Shown here: positions 13,587-26,981 of the stretch, one piece after another
How positions within the stretch are numbered: the stretch's first letter is position 1
Layout of the letters: every line of letters begins with the position of its first letter
Source: Octopus vulgaris
Lineage: Eukaryota
Reading direction: 5' to 3'
NCBI GenBank assembly: GCA_951406725.2
Contig: OX597820.1
Span: 59,892,001 to 59,956,000 of the forward strand
Length of the DNA stretch: 64,000 bases
The notes under the pieces: model-generated
Databases searched by the model: none
Seen by the model: only the letters and a program-made list of their open reading frames with translations
What the model was told of the DNA's origin: nothing
Translations under genes and position numbers: made by a program

Positions 13587-13984
13587 TTATTTATCTATCT
13601 GTCTTTCTATCCATCCATCTATCTATCAATCTATCTAACCTTTCCCTATCCTTTATTTTTTCATCTTTCTTGATTGTCTTGAGACCTCTCTTGCTCTGTC
13701 TATTTTCTGCCCCCTTTTTGGTTTTCTTTCTCTCTTTTCTCTCTTTTCCCTTTTCCAAAACAATAAAAATATTTTTCTCTCAAACAAAGCAAAAATAAAC
13801 ATCCGATTCATATAAATGAACAACGAAACGTTTTGTTTTTACCATTTTGATTTTGTCTTGACGAGTTCGATAAACGAACGAAAGCGTTAATAAAGAATTA
13901 TCCAAAATTCTGACTATCTCCTTTTTCTCAATATATAATATCTGTACACCACTTCAAACACTCTATACAAGTATATATAATAGA

Positions 13985-15385
13985 TTCTTCTGCCGGTTTC
14001 GACGTATGAGGATCCTACAACCTGCTCTTACTTTGTCAGTCATAATGCTCATATTGAATGTGACATTTAAGTCCCGCCAACGATTTGCAAAGTATGAGGA
14101 TTACAGGTCAGTGCAGGTGGTATATTTGCAGCCGCTTTTCTCCTTTCTCTTGCACTCCGAAGCCTGTTAAAGTTGTTTGCAACAAAGTTTCTAATACCAT
14201 GTTGACACAACGATCTACATTTTGTTCGCTCCAAGGCTGTTCGCTCCAAGGCTGTTCGCTCAAAGGTATTGTGAATTATCTTCACTGCTAAGAGGTTACT
14301 CTTCAGTTTGTCCTTATATCTGAGCCGTGGTCAACCAACATTCCTGTGGCCACTATCAACCTGGCTGTACATGAGGACTTTGAGTATTCTTTCGTCCCTC
14401 ATTCTGATGACATGGCCAGCCCAGCACAATTGTGACTGCATAAGGAAACTCTCCATTCCACCAATCTTACAGTTGCTAAACAGGTCAGCATTAGAAACTC
14501 TGTCTTTTAGTGAATAACTGCAGATTGTCCTGAGACAGCCTTTATGGAAGATGTCGAGTTGGTTAATGTGTCGTCTAAAAGGTATCCACGATTCTGAGCC
14601 ATACAAGAGTGAAGTAAGAATGGCAGCTTTATAGACTTGTACTTTGGTGTCAAGTTTGATGGCCCTTTCATTCCATAAGCGATGACGGAGTTTGCCAATT
14701 GCGTTGGTTGCCTTTGCAATACGGTTGACGATTTCATTATCAAGGGAAGCACTTGAATCCACATTACTACCTAGATATGTAAATGACATCACACAATTTG
14801 GGTTTTCCTCATCAACCTGTATAGGAGTGTGAGAAAAATTGTGAACTGGTGCCCTCTGCTGGACACCTCGAATTTGTTTATGAGTAGGGCAAGGTTGGTG
14901 GATTACTTCCGTCTTCTTTATGCTGATGGTCAAACCAAAGGCTTTACATGCAGCAGAAAACCGGCCTATAAGTTCCGGAGCTTCCTCTAAGGTGGTCGCT
15001 GTTAGTGCAGCATAATCTACAAAAAGTAGATCTCGAATGATACTGATGCATAGCAGTGTTCTGGCTTTGAAACATTGATGATTGAATAGTCGACCACTTG
15101 TTCGAAACTGGAATTTGACACTACTTTGTATGTCATCAAAAGCATACCTCAGCATCACTGAAAAGAAGAGTGCAAACAAACAGGGGCCATAACACAACCT
15201 TCGTTTCTGGGTTTTGTAACGTCGAAGGAAATCGAAGATTCCCACCGGACACGACAGCAACCTTCATTCCATCATGAAAAGAGATAACATTCAACATTTT
15301 GTCGGGTATACCAAGCTTTTGCAGAACTTTCTATAGTACATGTCAGTTAACAGTGTCGAAGGCCTTAGTAAGGTCAACGAATACA
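13985..15385 (-). mobile_element. RTE-clade LINE, 5'-truncated (RT C-half plus 3' zinc-finger end)
   Basis: ORF 14331..15260 contains LFALFFS, DLLFVDYAAL, FGLTISIKKTEV, FTYLGS, YKAAILTSLLYGSESW and WAGHVIRM; upstream FVDLTKAFDTVN near 15350-15385; CKSLAGLKCH near 14060-14090. Confidence 0.93.
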
Positions 15386-15801
15386 TTAGGATTATTTCCT
15401 ACAACACATTTATTATGTTAAATACTTAATATTTAGGAAATAATCCTAATGTTTTAAGTTTCAAATTTAGTTAATAAGAAAAATTATTATTTTATTTATT
15501 TTTTAAATAAATATTGTTTAACTCTATTTGCTTATTTATTCAACTATTATTGTTAACCTGAAGAGTGACTATAATTTTAAATTGAATTTGTTTCAATTAA
15601 ATATAATTTAATAGTAATTCGAATTCAATTGTAGCCATGATACGTACGTTGTTTTTTTTATATATTGATTATTCATTTTTATACTTTTTGAGATCTAGTT
15701 ATATGCTTTATAAAAATATTTTTTATTTGTTATCTATGTTTTGGTTTATCTCTATCACTGTTTGAGTTGCATAATAGTGGTTTTATCTCTAATTTATATC
15801 T

Positions 15802-15870
<69 letters not shown>

Positions 15871-16324
15871 TATACACACACAGAGTAACAAACTAAGGAA
15901 AATAGTTACTTTAAACAATAATTTTTGTGTCAATAAATTTAAATAAATAGAAGAGTTATTATATATTAAAATATAATTATAATTTATATTTTTTACAATT
16001 TTTATTACAGTTCTAGCTAAAGCAAGACGCAGATACTTAATTATATACACATATATATATTATTGTTGTATGTTATAATAGTGAAAGATTCTCTTAGACA
16101 TAAACGTGTTTGGATTAATGTTATTTGGGATATGTAGAAATATATTTCGTTAGTTGTAGATTATACTTAATTATTTTGTCCGCTAAAATTTTTTGTTGTT
16201 TTTTAATTGTAATTGATATGTAATTGAATAGTTAACGCTCACACTCATAATGCATAGGCATTTGAATTAATATTTTACAATCCAGCCATTCATTGACACC
16301 GAATTTCGTCTATCTTTAAACTCT

Positions 16325-16399
16325 GGCTCTGATGAGACATATATAAAGGAATTGTTTATATATCAAAAAATGTATACAAATCGAAACAAATTGTTGGCC
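16325..16399 (+). ncRNA. Type I hammerhead ribozyme motif
   Basis: GGCU-CUGAUGA-GA...UC-GAAAC-AAAUU-GUU-GGCC, with a long AT-rich stem/loop II. Confidence 0.65.
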
Positions 16400-17110
16400 T
16401 TTTGATGTTTTAATAATTGTTTATGTTATCTTATATTATGTTATATCATATTCATAGTATATTATGTTATAATTTAAATAAATTGTTGGATTTCAATTAT
16501 ATCACTCAATTTAATTTTATCTTTATATATACATATAATCGACTGGCTTCCACACAGGTACTGTCCACCAGATTCCCTCACAAGGCATTGATCGACCCAG
16601 GGCAATAGTAAAAGACACAAGGTGTCGCACAGTGAGACTGAACCCGAAACCATGTGGATACAAAGTGAACTTGTTAACCATACAGCCATGCCAATACCAT
16701 CAATAAGAGGAAATAGTTATCATATAGTTTGTGCCATCTACAGCAAGGAAATAGCAATGATATATTGTGTATCACCTACATCTACGAAGGAATTATGATA
16801 CCGAGAGTGCCACCTACAGCAAGGAAAGAGATATAATATATGGGTAGAAAGAGGGTGCCAAAGAGGGTCAGTGATGTAGGGTAGAAAGTAAAGATGTTAC
16901 AGCGATGTCTATAAAAACAGCCAGGGTGTTAGCTGGGTGTGTAATTCAAACACAAACATTACAGATTACTATCTGGCTTTTGAATATTCCAAAAGACTTT
17001 CACTCGGACTGAATTAATACCAGATGTCGGTTGGGAAACCCGAGATGCTAGAGTATATGCACTTACATATATACATAATGTGAGTGTATATTCATACACA
17101 CGCATATTAC

Positions 17111-17186
<76 letters not shown>

Positions 17187-20069
17187 GTATGTATGTGTGT
17201 GTCTACATACATAATTACTGTGTATGCATGCATATATATATATATACACTCACAAATACACATATACACACATATATATATATATATACACATTGTTTAT
17301 ATCTATGTGCGTGTATATACGTAGATCTACATACATACATATACACACACACACACACACATATACATACACACACATACCTGCGTAGATACATGCACAT
17401 GCACACATACAATGTCATACATACACACTGATACATGATGTGTGAGTGTGTGAGTGTGTGTGCGTGTGTGTGTGTGTGTGTGCATGTGTGTATGTGTAAG
17501 CGCATACTAAGATATATTATTAAAAATCTCGAGCTAACGAGTTCGTTCATTAGACACGCTCATTACACACACATACACGTACACTCAGACGCAGTGATAT
17601 ATATGTATGTAACTATGTATATGTATATGCATACGTACATAGAAAGGTAGAGAGGGAGACAGATACCCGAATTAGTAAAGATACCCGAATTAGTAAGGCA
17701 ATCAATATTGAAGAGCTACAACACTACTCCACTGTTACCAACATCATATTGCAAACCTCAAATTAGTCACTCACACCCAACATTCATAAAGTTTATCGAA
17801 AACAGAACTGTTCTTGGTATCTTTGTGTTCGTCTCCAATTGATACTAAGTGTTTCGTGTCAGAGGTTATAATTATCCTCAGCCATATGGGTGTGGGATTG
17901 GCAGAACTGTTGGATCACATGTTTATGTTCTGTTGTCAAGTTCTGCTGTAGTTAATTTTGCTTTTCAAGTCGCACTTGATAGAATAAAGTACTAGTTAAA
18001 AATTGGTGTCGATTTAATCGGCTATTCCCATCCTATTAAGAAACCCTTATAATCTTTAGCTTTTTCAACCTTGTCCAATTCAATCCTTTTTAAAATCACT
18101 ATAACCTTGTGACAGAGAGGAGGAGGGGCGACCTTTTTAATGGAACCAGTTGGAACGTCACATTCAACCCACAACGATAGCAGCTATTACACATGATTCT
18201 ATGGTGCCCCTCAGTTAGCACTGCGAAGTCAACAAGAACTTTTGAAAATTATCTATAATTCCTAGACTGAAAGTTCTTTGAGAAAGATGTTCACAGAATT
18301 CTCATTTACATCGGGTAAGACCCCAGCACATCTTCACTCCTTCATTCAACTAATCCACTCTAGAAGAAAGTAGTCCATTGACTACCGACTGCATTTTCGA
18401 CCTAAGACAATGAAGCGTTGTATCACGGTCTATGCTTGACACAAAGGATGGCAACTAGCTCAAAGAAAGAAGCTGTGAGAAAAAAAGGTATATTTCTTAT
18501 TTATTTATTGCCCACAAGGGGCTAAACATAGAGTGGACAAACAAGGACAGACAAAGATATTAAGTCGATTACATCGACTCCAGTGCGTAACTGGTACTTA
18601 ATTTATCGGCCCCGAAAGGATGAAAGGCAAAGTCGACCTCGGCGAAATTTGAGCTCAGAACGTAACGACAGACGAAATACCTATTTCTTTACTACCCACA
18701 AGGGGCTAAACACAGAGAAGACAAACAAGGACAGACAAAGGATTAAGTCGATTATATCGATCCCAGCGCGTAACTGATACTTATTTATAGGCCCCGAAAG
18801 GATGAAAGGCAAAGTCAACCTCGGCGGAATTTGAACTCAGAACGTAACGACAGACGAAATACCTATTTCTTTATTACCCACAAGGGGCTAAACACAGAGA
18901 GGACAAACAAGGACAGACATAGGTATTAAGTCGATTATATCGATCCCAGTGCGTAACTGATACTTAATTTAATCGACCTCGAAAGGATGAAAGGCAAAGT
19001 CGACCTCGGCGGAATTTGAACTCAGAACGTAACGGCAGACGAAATACCGCTAAGCATTTCGCCCGGCGTGCTAACGATTCTGCCAGCTCGCCTCCTTGAA
19101 AAAAAGTTATATTTCTAACAGACGATGCACACATATACTGACCATTAGCGACCCATAGCAAACGTCACTGCCTCGGCAGAGTCCATCAGCTGCAGAGTAC
19201 CTCCTTAATCTATTGGTTTGACNNNNNNNNNNNNNNNNNNNNNNNNNNNNNNNNNNNNNNNNNNNNNNNNNNNNNNNNNNNNNNNNNNNNNNNNNNNNNN
19301 NNNNNNNNNNNNNNNNNNNNNNTATCAAAAAATGTATACAAATCGAAACAAATTGTTGGCCTTTTGATGTTTTAATAATTGTTTATGTTATCTTATATTA
19401 TGTTATATCATATTCATAGTATATTATGTTATAATTTAAATAAATTGTTGGATTTCAATTATATCACTCAATTTAATTTTATCTTTATATATACATATAA
19501 TCGACTGGCTTCCACACAGGTACTGTCCACCAGATTCCCTCACAAGGCATTGATCGACCCAGGGCAATAGTAAAAGACACAAGGTGTCGCACAGTGAGAC
19601 TGAACCCGAAACCATGTGGATACAAAGTGAACTTGTTAACCATACAGCCATGCCAATACCATCAATAAGAGGAAATAGTTATCATATAGTTTGTGCCATC
19701 TACAGCAAGGAAATAGCAATGATATATTGTGTGTCACCTACATCTACGAAGGAATTATGATACCGAGAGTGCCACCTACAGCAAGGAAAGAGATATAATA
19801 TATGGGTAGAAAGAGGGTGCCAAAGAGGGTCAGTGATGTAGGGTAGAAAGTAAAGATGTTACAGCGATGTCTATAAAAACAGCCAGGGTGTTAGCTGGGT
19901 GTGTAATTCAAACACAAACATTACAGATTACTATCTGGCTTTTGAATATTCCAAAAGACTTTCACTCGGACTGAATTAATACCAGATGTCGGTTGGGAAA
20001 CCCGAGATGCTAGAGTATATGCACTTACATATATACATAATGTGAGTGTATATTCATACACACGCATAT

Positions 20070-20113
<44 letters not shown>

Positions 20114-20290
20114 ATATGGTTTTATATATATATATATTTATATATATATGTACGTATGTGTGTGTCTACATACATAATTACTGTGTATGCATGCATATAT
20201 ATATATATACACTCACAAATACACATATACACACATATATATATATATATACACATTGTTTATATCTATGTGCGTGTATATACGTAGATC

Positions 20291-20338
<48 letters not shown>

Positions 20339-22010
20339 TACCTGCGTAGATACATGCACATGCACACATACAATGTCATACATACACACTGATACATGAT
20401 GTGTGAGTGTGTGAGTGTGTGTGTGTGTGTGTGCATGTGTGTATGTGTAAGCGCATACTAAGATATATTATTAAAAATCTCGAGCTAACGAGTTCGTTCA
20501 TTAGACACGCTCATTACACACACATACACGTACACTCAGACGCAGTGATATATATGTATGTAACTATGTATATGTATATGCATACGTACATAGAAAGGTA
20601 GAGAGGGAGACAGATACCCGAATTAGTAAAGATACCCGAATTAGTAAGGCAATCAATATTGAGGAGCTACAACACTACTCCACTGTTACCAACATCATAT
20701 TGCAAACCTCAAATTAGTCACTCACACACAACATTCATAAAGTTTATCGAAAACAGAACTGTTCTTGGTATCGTTGTGTTCGTCTCCAATTGATACTAAG
20801 TGTTTCGTGTCAGAGGTTATAATTATCCTCAGCCATATGGGTGTGGGATTGGCAGAACTGTTGGATCACATGTTTATGTTTTGTTGTCAAGTTCTGCTGT
20901 AGTTAATTTTGCTTTTCAAGTCGCACTTGATAGAATAAAGTACTAGTTAAAAACTGGTGTCGATTTAATCGGCTATTCCCACCCTAATTTTCTAGTATCG
21001 TGCCTTTGTCAGAAACCCTTATAATCTTTAGCCTTTTCAACCTTGTCCAATTCAATCCTTTTTAAAATCACTATAACCTTGTGACAGAGAGGAGGAGGGG
21101 CGACCTTTTAATGGAACCAGTTGGAACGTCACATTCAACCCACAACGATAGCAGCTATTACACATGATTCTATGGTGCCCTCAGTTAGCACTGCGAAGTC
21201 AACAAGAACTTTTGAAAATTATCTATAATTCCTAGACTGAAAGTTCTTTGAGAAAGGTGTTCACAGAATTCTCATTTACATCGGGTAAGACCCCAGCACA
21301 TCTTCACTCCTTCATTCAACTAATCCACTCTAGAAAAAAGTAGTCCATTGACTACCGACTGCATTTTCGACCTAAGACAATGAAGCGTTGTATCACGGTC
21401 TATGCTTGACGCAAAGGATGGCAACTAGTTCAAAGAAAGGAACTGTGAGAAAAAAAGGTATATTTCTTATTTATTTATTGCCCACAAGGGGCTAAACATA
21501 GAGGGGACAAACAAGGACAGACAAAGGGATTAAGTCGATTACATCGACTCCAGTGCGTAACTGGTACTTAATTTATAGGCCCCGAAAGGATGAAAGGCAA
21601 AGTCAACCTCGGCGAAATTTGAGCTCAGAACGTAACGACAGACGAAATACCTATTTCTTTACTACCCACAAGGGGCTAAACACAGAGAGGACAAACAAGG
21701 ACAGACAAACGGATTAAGTCGATTATATCGATCCCCAGTGCGTAACTGATACTTATTTAATCGACCCCGAAAGGATGAAAGGCAAAGTCGACCTCGGCGG
21801 AATTTGAACTCAGAACGTAGCGGCAGACGAAATACCGCTAAGCATTTCGCCCGGCGTGCTAACGATTCTGCCAGCTCGCCTCCTTGAAAAAAAGTTATAT
21901 TTCTAACAGACGATGCACACATATACTGACCATTAGCGACCCATAGCAAACGTCACTGCCTCGGCAGAGTCCATCAGCTGCAGAGTACCTCCTTAATCTA
22001 TTGGTTTGAC
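16361..22010. repeat. ~2.7-2.9 kb direct duplication across the 100-N gap (16361-19222 vs 19323-22010); probably unmerged haplotypes
   Basis: Copy 1 ends and copy 2 begins exactly at the gap edges. The copies differ by scattered SNPs, microsatellite lengths, a ~25-bp indel and SINE unit number. Confidence 0.9.
18487..19096 (-). mobile_element. SINE family A, head plus three tandem body/tail units (two units in the copy at 21458-21884)
   Basis: Head AAGG(A/C)GGCGAGCTGGCAGAATCGTTAGCACGCCGGGCGAAATGC...GAGTTCAAATTCCGCC; repeated unit ends TTTAGCCCCTTGTGGG. Confidence 0.9.
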
Positions 22011-22217
22011 GATGATAGCAGGTGGACTTTCTAACCACCGGAAAATGTCCTTTCTGCGATAAATAAAAGAACAGGTGTTCTACTTTGACAGATATTCCCT
22101 GAGGCAAGGTACAACGCTCACCAAAATAGTGTCATTATTTATATGATCTCTTCTTCTCAACAATTTACACATTTTATACCAAACTGCTGAGTGAATACAC
22201 GAGCGCGCGCACATGTG

Positions 22218-22276
<59 letters not shown>

Positions 22277-22326
22277 TGTTTTGTTTTTGTTATTATATGC
22301 TTATATATATAAATATAAATAAATAA

Positions 22327-22379
<53 letters not shown>

Positions 22380-22406
22380 TATGCATGTATGTATATCCAT
22401 ATGTGT

Positions 22407-22705
22407 GAAGGCGCATGGCTTAGTGGTTAGAGCATAGAGCTTACGATGGTGAGGTTGTGAGTTCGATTCCCGGACCGGGCTGCGTGTTGTGTTCTTGAGC
22501 AAGACATTTTATTTCACGTTGCTCCAGTTCACTCAGCTGTAGAAATGAGTTGCAATATCACTGGTGCCAAGCTGTATCGGCCTTTGCCTTTCCCTTGGAT
22601 AACATCAGTGGTGTGGAGAGTGGAGGCCGGTATGCATGGGCAACTGCTAGCCTTCCACAAACAATCTTCCCCTGACTTGTGCCTCGGAGGGTAACTTTCT
22701 AGGGT
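22407..22705 (+). mobile_element. tRNA-derived CORE-like SINE (family C)
   Basis: A box TGGCTTAGTGG, B box GTTCGATTCC, then GTGTTCTTGAGCAAGACATTTTATTTCACGTTGCTCCAGTTCACTCAGCTGTAGAAATGAG, resembling the CORE domain. Other copies at 23598-23890 and 61774-62032. Confidence 0.85.
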
Positions 22706-23351
22706 CCCCTCCTATGTCCATATGTATATATGTATGTATGCAAGTATATATATATGTATGTATGAATGAAATTAACTAGATCCTATGTATGTGTTGTTAT
22801 AGAGCTATTGTATACATTTCTTTATATCTGAGAGGGTTAGATGTGATTTGAAAGACATTTAGTTACCATTTCACGCAGGTCGAATTAACTATGCAGAAAC
22901 TCGATGGTTTTTATCTGACAATGTTTGTACATAATAATTACATGCATATGTACAAATGAGTAAATTTGTGCGCCCGCACACACACACACATACTGTTAGA
23001 AAATAGTGTTTGTGTCTATGCGTGCGTGTATGTGTATGTCTGCTTCATGTTATCGTATGTACTTATGTCGTCTATATATCTTATATGTATACATACGTGT
23101 AAATGTGACACGCATGAATTTGTATGTATGTGTGCTTATGCGTGTGTGTGTTTGTATATATATATATATATATATATAATTAGGGTTCAGCAAAAATTGC
23201 TTTACCACACACCGAACTTTTAGAAATAGCAGCCAAAGAATTTAGCTATTTCCTCTACTTTAAGAAGAGTCTCCCAGATAATGTATACTCAAAAACATTA
23301 CACGTAGGTATAGAGGGAAAAATAACGAAAGTTCACTCGAAAGATTGATTA

Positions 23352-23434
23352 CTTGTGAACGCGTTTCTGGGTAAGTTAGATATAGAGATGCTAGAAATAC
23401 ATCCCTATTCCAACATTCCTTTCATCAGCACAAG
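23352..23434 (-). ncRNA. Type I hammerhead ribozyme motif with extended stem II
   Basis: Minus strand: CUUGUG-CUGAUGA-[GUUGGA/UCUAAC and AUAGGGAUG/CAUCUCUAU hairpin]-GAAAC-GC-GUU-CACAAG. Perfect 6-bp stem I, palindromic ACGCGU stem III; lies in a ~320-bp insert between (TA)n tracts. Confidence 0.8.
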
Positions 23435-24053
23435 ATTTCATTAAATTTAAATTTGAGAGCACTAAAAATCGAACTTACCCATCTGATTTGAGTAATATAT
23501 ATATATATATAAAGAATAATATATATATATATAAGAATCTTGTTATGTTTGTTTATATAAATATGCATATACATGTGTATATAACTATATAAGTGCATGA
23601 AGGCACGTAGCTTAGTGGTTAGGGTATTTTGCTCAGGATTGTATGATTTCGATTACCAGCAATGTGTTGTGTCTCTGAGCAAGACATTTATTTTGAGTTG
23701 CTCCATTTCACTCAGCTAACAAAAAATGTGTTGTACCTGTATTTCTGTGTTATGCTTAATCTCCCTGAGAACTGAGAGTATGCGTGTCTATGGAGTGCTC
23801 AGCCACTTCCACGTTATTTCCACGAGCAGGCTGTTTCATCGATCGACTCAACTGGAACACTCGTCGTCGAAACCGACGAATGCCAGTTTATCCATATAAG
23901 TGTGTATATTTGCTTATCTGTATGCCTGTGAGTGTGTGTAGAATATAAAGTCAGGCAATATGAGATGAATATATTTCACCTCTTGATATCCATATTACGA
24001 CGGCCGTTTCGCAGCCAACATCATGCAAAAGTAATTTATTTTAGTGTATAATA

Positions 24054-24381
24054 AATTATTTTACATGTTTTCTTTAGGATGTATGCTCTAAATTGCATGG
24101 TACTATTGTACATTTTACAAACCAATGCAGATACAGAAGCTCTTTAGATCAATAGAATATCATGGTTATATTAATTTTTCAACTACGGTATATACATAGA
24201 AAAAAAAATAGTCTTCAAATTTATAATGTATGGAAGACCACAAGGAGTTGAAAATTGATCTGACCACGATATTCTGTCGAGCTGAAGATCTAGCCTTCTA
24301 TATCTGCATCCGTTTTGCAAAATGTACAAAAGTACTATGCAATTTATAGCATACATACTAGTACAGACATGTAAAATAATT
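24054..24381. mobile_element. Fold-back/MITE-like element with ~130-bp imperfect inverted arms
   Basis: 24054-24184 pairs with 24246-24381 (e.g. AATTATTTTACATGT / ACATGTAAAATAATT and AAATTGCAT / ATGCAATTT). Confidence 0.75.
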
Positions 24382-24690
24382 CTGTAGTAAGCATCTGCTG
24401 ACCATGAGTGATAAGTTACCAGGTATGGGGATACTTCGGATGGAAATATTGTGAAAAGAACAAAACCATGGTAAAAGAATGAATATACGTAGGAAATTAG
24501 ACAGAGGTATACCTGGGATTCTAGACAAGTCTAAGGAACTGTAGGCAGACAGAGAATATTATAAATGTTATATTTTGTTAAGATCATTGTTCCATTCCAA
24601 AATTTTCAAAAACGTCTATTTCTAATTCAGTAGGTGGCGATGCACTTAGCTGACTGCTGATTATAATTATGTATATAATTATAGAATATT

Positions 24691-24898
24691 CGGATCTTTT
24701 CGGTTTGAACGGCAGTTTTTAACATAATTTCTAGGTAGCTAAAAAATTTTAAACTTCGTATACACTGGTAGAATGTGTTTATAAAACGTTCTTTTTCTCT
24801 TGGCTTTATGGAGAAAATTCTATAGTTTGTAAGATATTTGGTCTTTAATTTCTGCAATTTCACCCAATCGCTGGCGTCTATTGAGTTAAAAAGATCCG
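24691..24898. mobile_element. Small MITE with TIR CGGATCTTTT inserted at an AATATT site
   Basis: AATATT-CGGATCTTTT...AAAAGATCCG-AATATT; an empty paralogous site is visible at 29041-29080. Confidence 0.75.
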
Positions 24899-25015
24899 AA
24901 TATTTTGTATAATTTACCTAAACCGGTTTTTTAAACGTACTGACAACTTGGTAATTAATTTTACCCTATATATATATATATATATATAAAATAAAAACAT
25001 GATGCGAAGGATTCA

Positions 25016-25093
25016 GCGGTACATATGTTTCGGGCCTTTATTAGACAGATTTATAACAATGCATAATGTATGTCTGTGGCCTTCTTCAGCCGC
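25016..25093 (-). ncRNA. Type I hammerhead ribozyme (PLE pseudo-LTR, left arm)
   Basis: Reverse complement of 27909-27986. Confidence 0.85.
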
Positions 25094-26555
25094 GCACAAC
25101 AGCTTCCACAAGGACATGTGTTACATCAAAAATTCTTGGTTGGGGATGCAAATCCTCTCATTCACGTACGACATAATGCGGCAGCAGCATAGAATTGAAG
25201 CGTCCATCTCTTTCTTCTCTCAATGTAGAATGAGGAAAATTGGATGTTGAGGTAATGTAATGTAAATAAATAAATACGTATATAGAGGTGAAGATGGAGG
25301 GGCGAGAGTTCGGGACGAGGGATAAAAAATGTATAAAAAGTGTAAGTATAGAATAATATAAAAATGTAGAGGATAAAGATATAAAGAGTTGTAAGGAGAT
25401 GTAAAGGGGGTATAAAGAAATATAAAGAAATATAAATAAATGTAAAGGCATAAGGTTATAAAGTAAAAATAGAAATAGAAATAAAAGTAAAAAAACCTGA
25501 TAAAACCATGATAAAAGTGTAAAAGAATGTAAAGATAAGGGATGTATAGAGGTTACGGACCAAGCATGGTGGTCATGAGATTGAAAAAATTTAGTTGTAG
25601 AATTGTCAGTAAATCAACAGTTTCGTCTGGGGACTTAATGCGTTGTAAATCAGAGCTGATGAGCATTTAATCTGGTTCCTTGAATTAAATGGACTTCTAG
25701 TACATACATATCATCATGGATACATACACCCACATACACGCGTACGTATACGCCTCCAAGCCTATAAGCATACACACGCACTCGCGTGTAAACACGTACA
25801 TAAACACACACACGCACCCACACGCACGCGCGTACACACACATACATACAACAGAATATCCGCATATATACACGGACATTACGCGCGTACACGCTCACAT
25901 GTATATACGCGCGCCCATCACTACATACACACACGAATATGCCCACGCCTCTAGGTCCAGGTATAAGATATTAAAGGATGTGTATAAGAACGTAAGTAAA
26001 GAATCCCGTACTCATGTCAATATGCGCAAGCACACACGGCTGTGTGTCCGTATGTGCGTGCACATATACACCCACATACACACACAGAGAGACACACGCG
26101 CACATGGGTATAGCCATAAGATATCGAAGTATGCATGTACATATATGCGCGTGCACATGTATGTATGCGTATACACACGTACGCGGACGCTCGTATATTC
26201 AAAAGGTGGATCCATAGGTAAGTAAATAAACATATATAGAGGTGTAAGGCGATAAGTTAGGGGTAAGAATGAGGGTAAGGGTAAAGATTAGAAATAAAAA
26301 ATACAGTATAAAATAAGAAATGCAATGTAATAGTTAGAAATGAAGTATAAGAATTATAAAAATTATAAGAGTTAAGGTAAGGGATGAAAATGAAATGAGA
26401 ATAAATGGAAGTAGAATAAAAGTAAAAATAAAATTAAAAATAAAAATAAATGGAAGTAGGATAAAAGTAAAAATAAAAGTAAAAAAGCGGGATGTGCTGG
26501 AGCCGACAGGTTGCACCGGGTGGGAGGAAATTGCATGGGGGAGTTGGTATAAGAC

Positions 26556-26981
26556 CTAAGCATTGTAGTATTTGAAAGTATTAATAAGTTTATGTATACA
26601 GGATGGTTTGAACTCTGACCTTTTGTTAATAAGATTGTGTTTGTCTTTGAATTTCGAGATGTTCAGGAGTTCTACACAGCATAGTTGGCATCCTGCTCTA
26701 TTATTTAAATAAGGTGCAGCTGATCCGATGATGGACCATCTGAGTTTGAAGTCTATGCATTTGTCTTTTAATTCCCAAATTCTTTTAGAGAGGGAGGTGC
26801 TGTTAGCCTTATGTCTGTGTCTCAGCGAGGACCGGTGGTTGTAGTATCTGGATTTCCAGGAGGTTGAGCAACCAATATAGGTGAGTGTGTTAAACTGAGT
26901 ACTCACCTCACATGAGTATATTACGTTTTTCGCCCTACATGCGCCCTGCAGCGGGCACTCTGATGCACATCTGCAGTTGCA
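26556..26981 (-). CDS. PLE C-terminal zinc linker plus GIY-YIG endonuclease (open frame, 5'-truncated)
   Basis: The frame extends upstream of the listed ORF: CNCRCASECPLQGACRAKNVIYSCEVSTQFNTLTYIGCSTSWKSRYYNH...STSLSKRIWELK...CQLCCVE...NKRSEFKPSCIH...stop, with no internal stops. Confidence 0.88.
   Translation of the reverse strand, partial: CNCRCASECPLQGACRAKNVIYSCEVSTQFNTLTYIGCSTSWKSRYYNHRSSLRHRHKANSTSLSKRIWELKDKCIDFKLRWSIIGSAAPYLNNRAGCQLCCVELLNISKFKDKHNLINKRSEFKPSCIHKLINTFKYYNA

Noticed and set aside
15558-15636. CUGAAGA with a long AT hairpin and CGAAUUCAAUUGUA
   Set aside because: The second core strand and stem I are degenerate, and AT-rich pairing can arise by chance.
16361-22010. Apparent recent segmental duplication
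   Set aside because: The boundaries coincide exactly with the N gap and the differences look allelic, so unmerged contig overlap is the simpler explanation. Read depth would settle it.
25655-25700. Antisense CUGAUGA plus hairpin in the PLE UTR (also 51071-51095)
   Set aside because: No GAAA strand follows the hairpin.
26556-26981. Naiad-type selenoprotein-coding PLE
   Set aside because: The endonuclease is C-terminal and HHRs are present, unlike Naiads; there is no in-frame TGA and no convincing SECIS.
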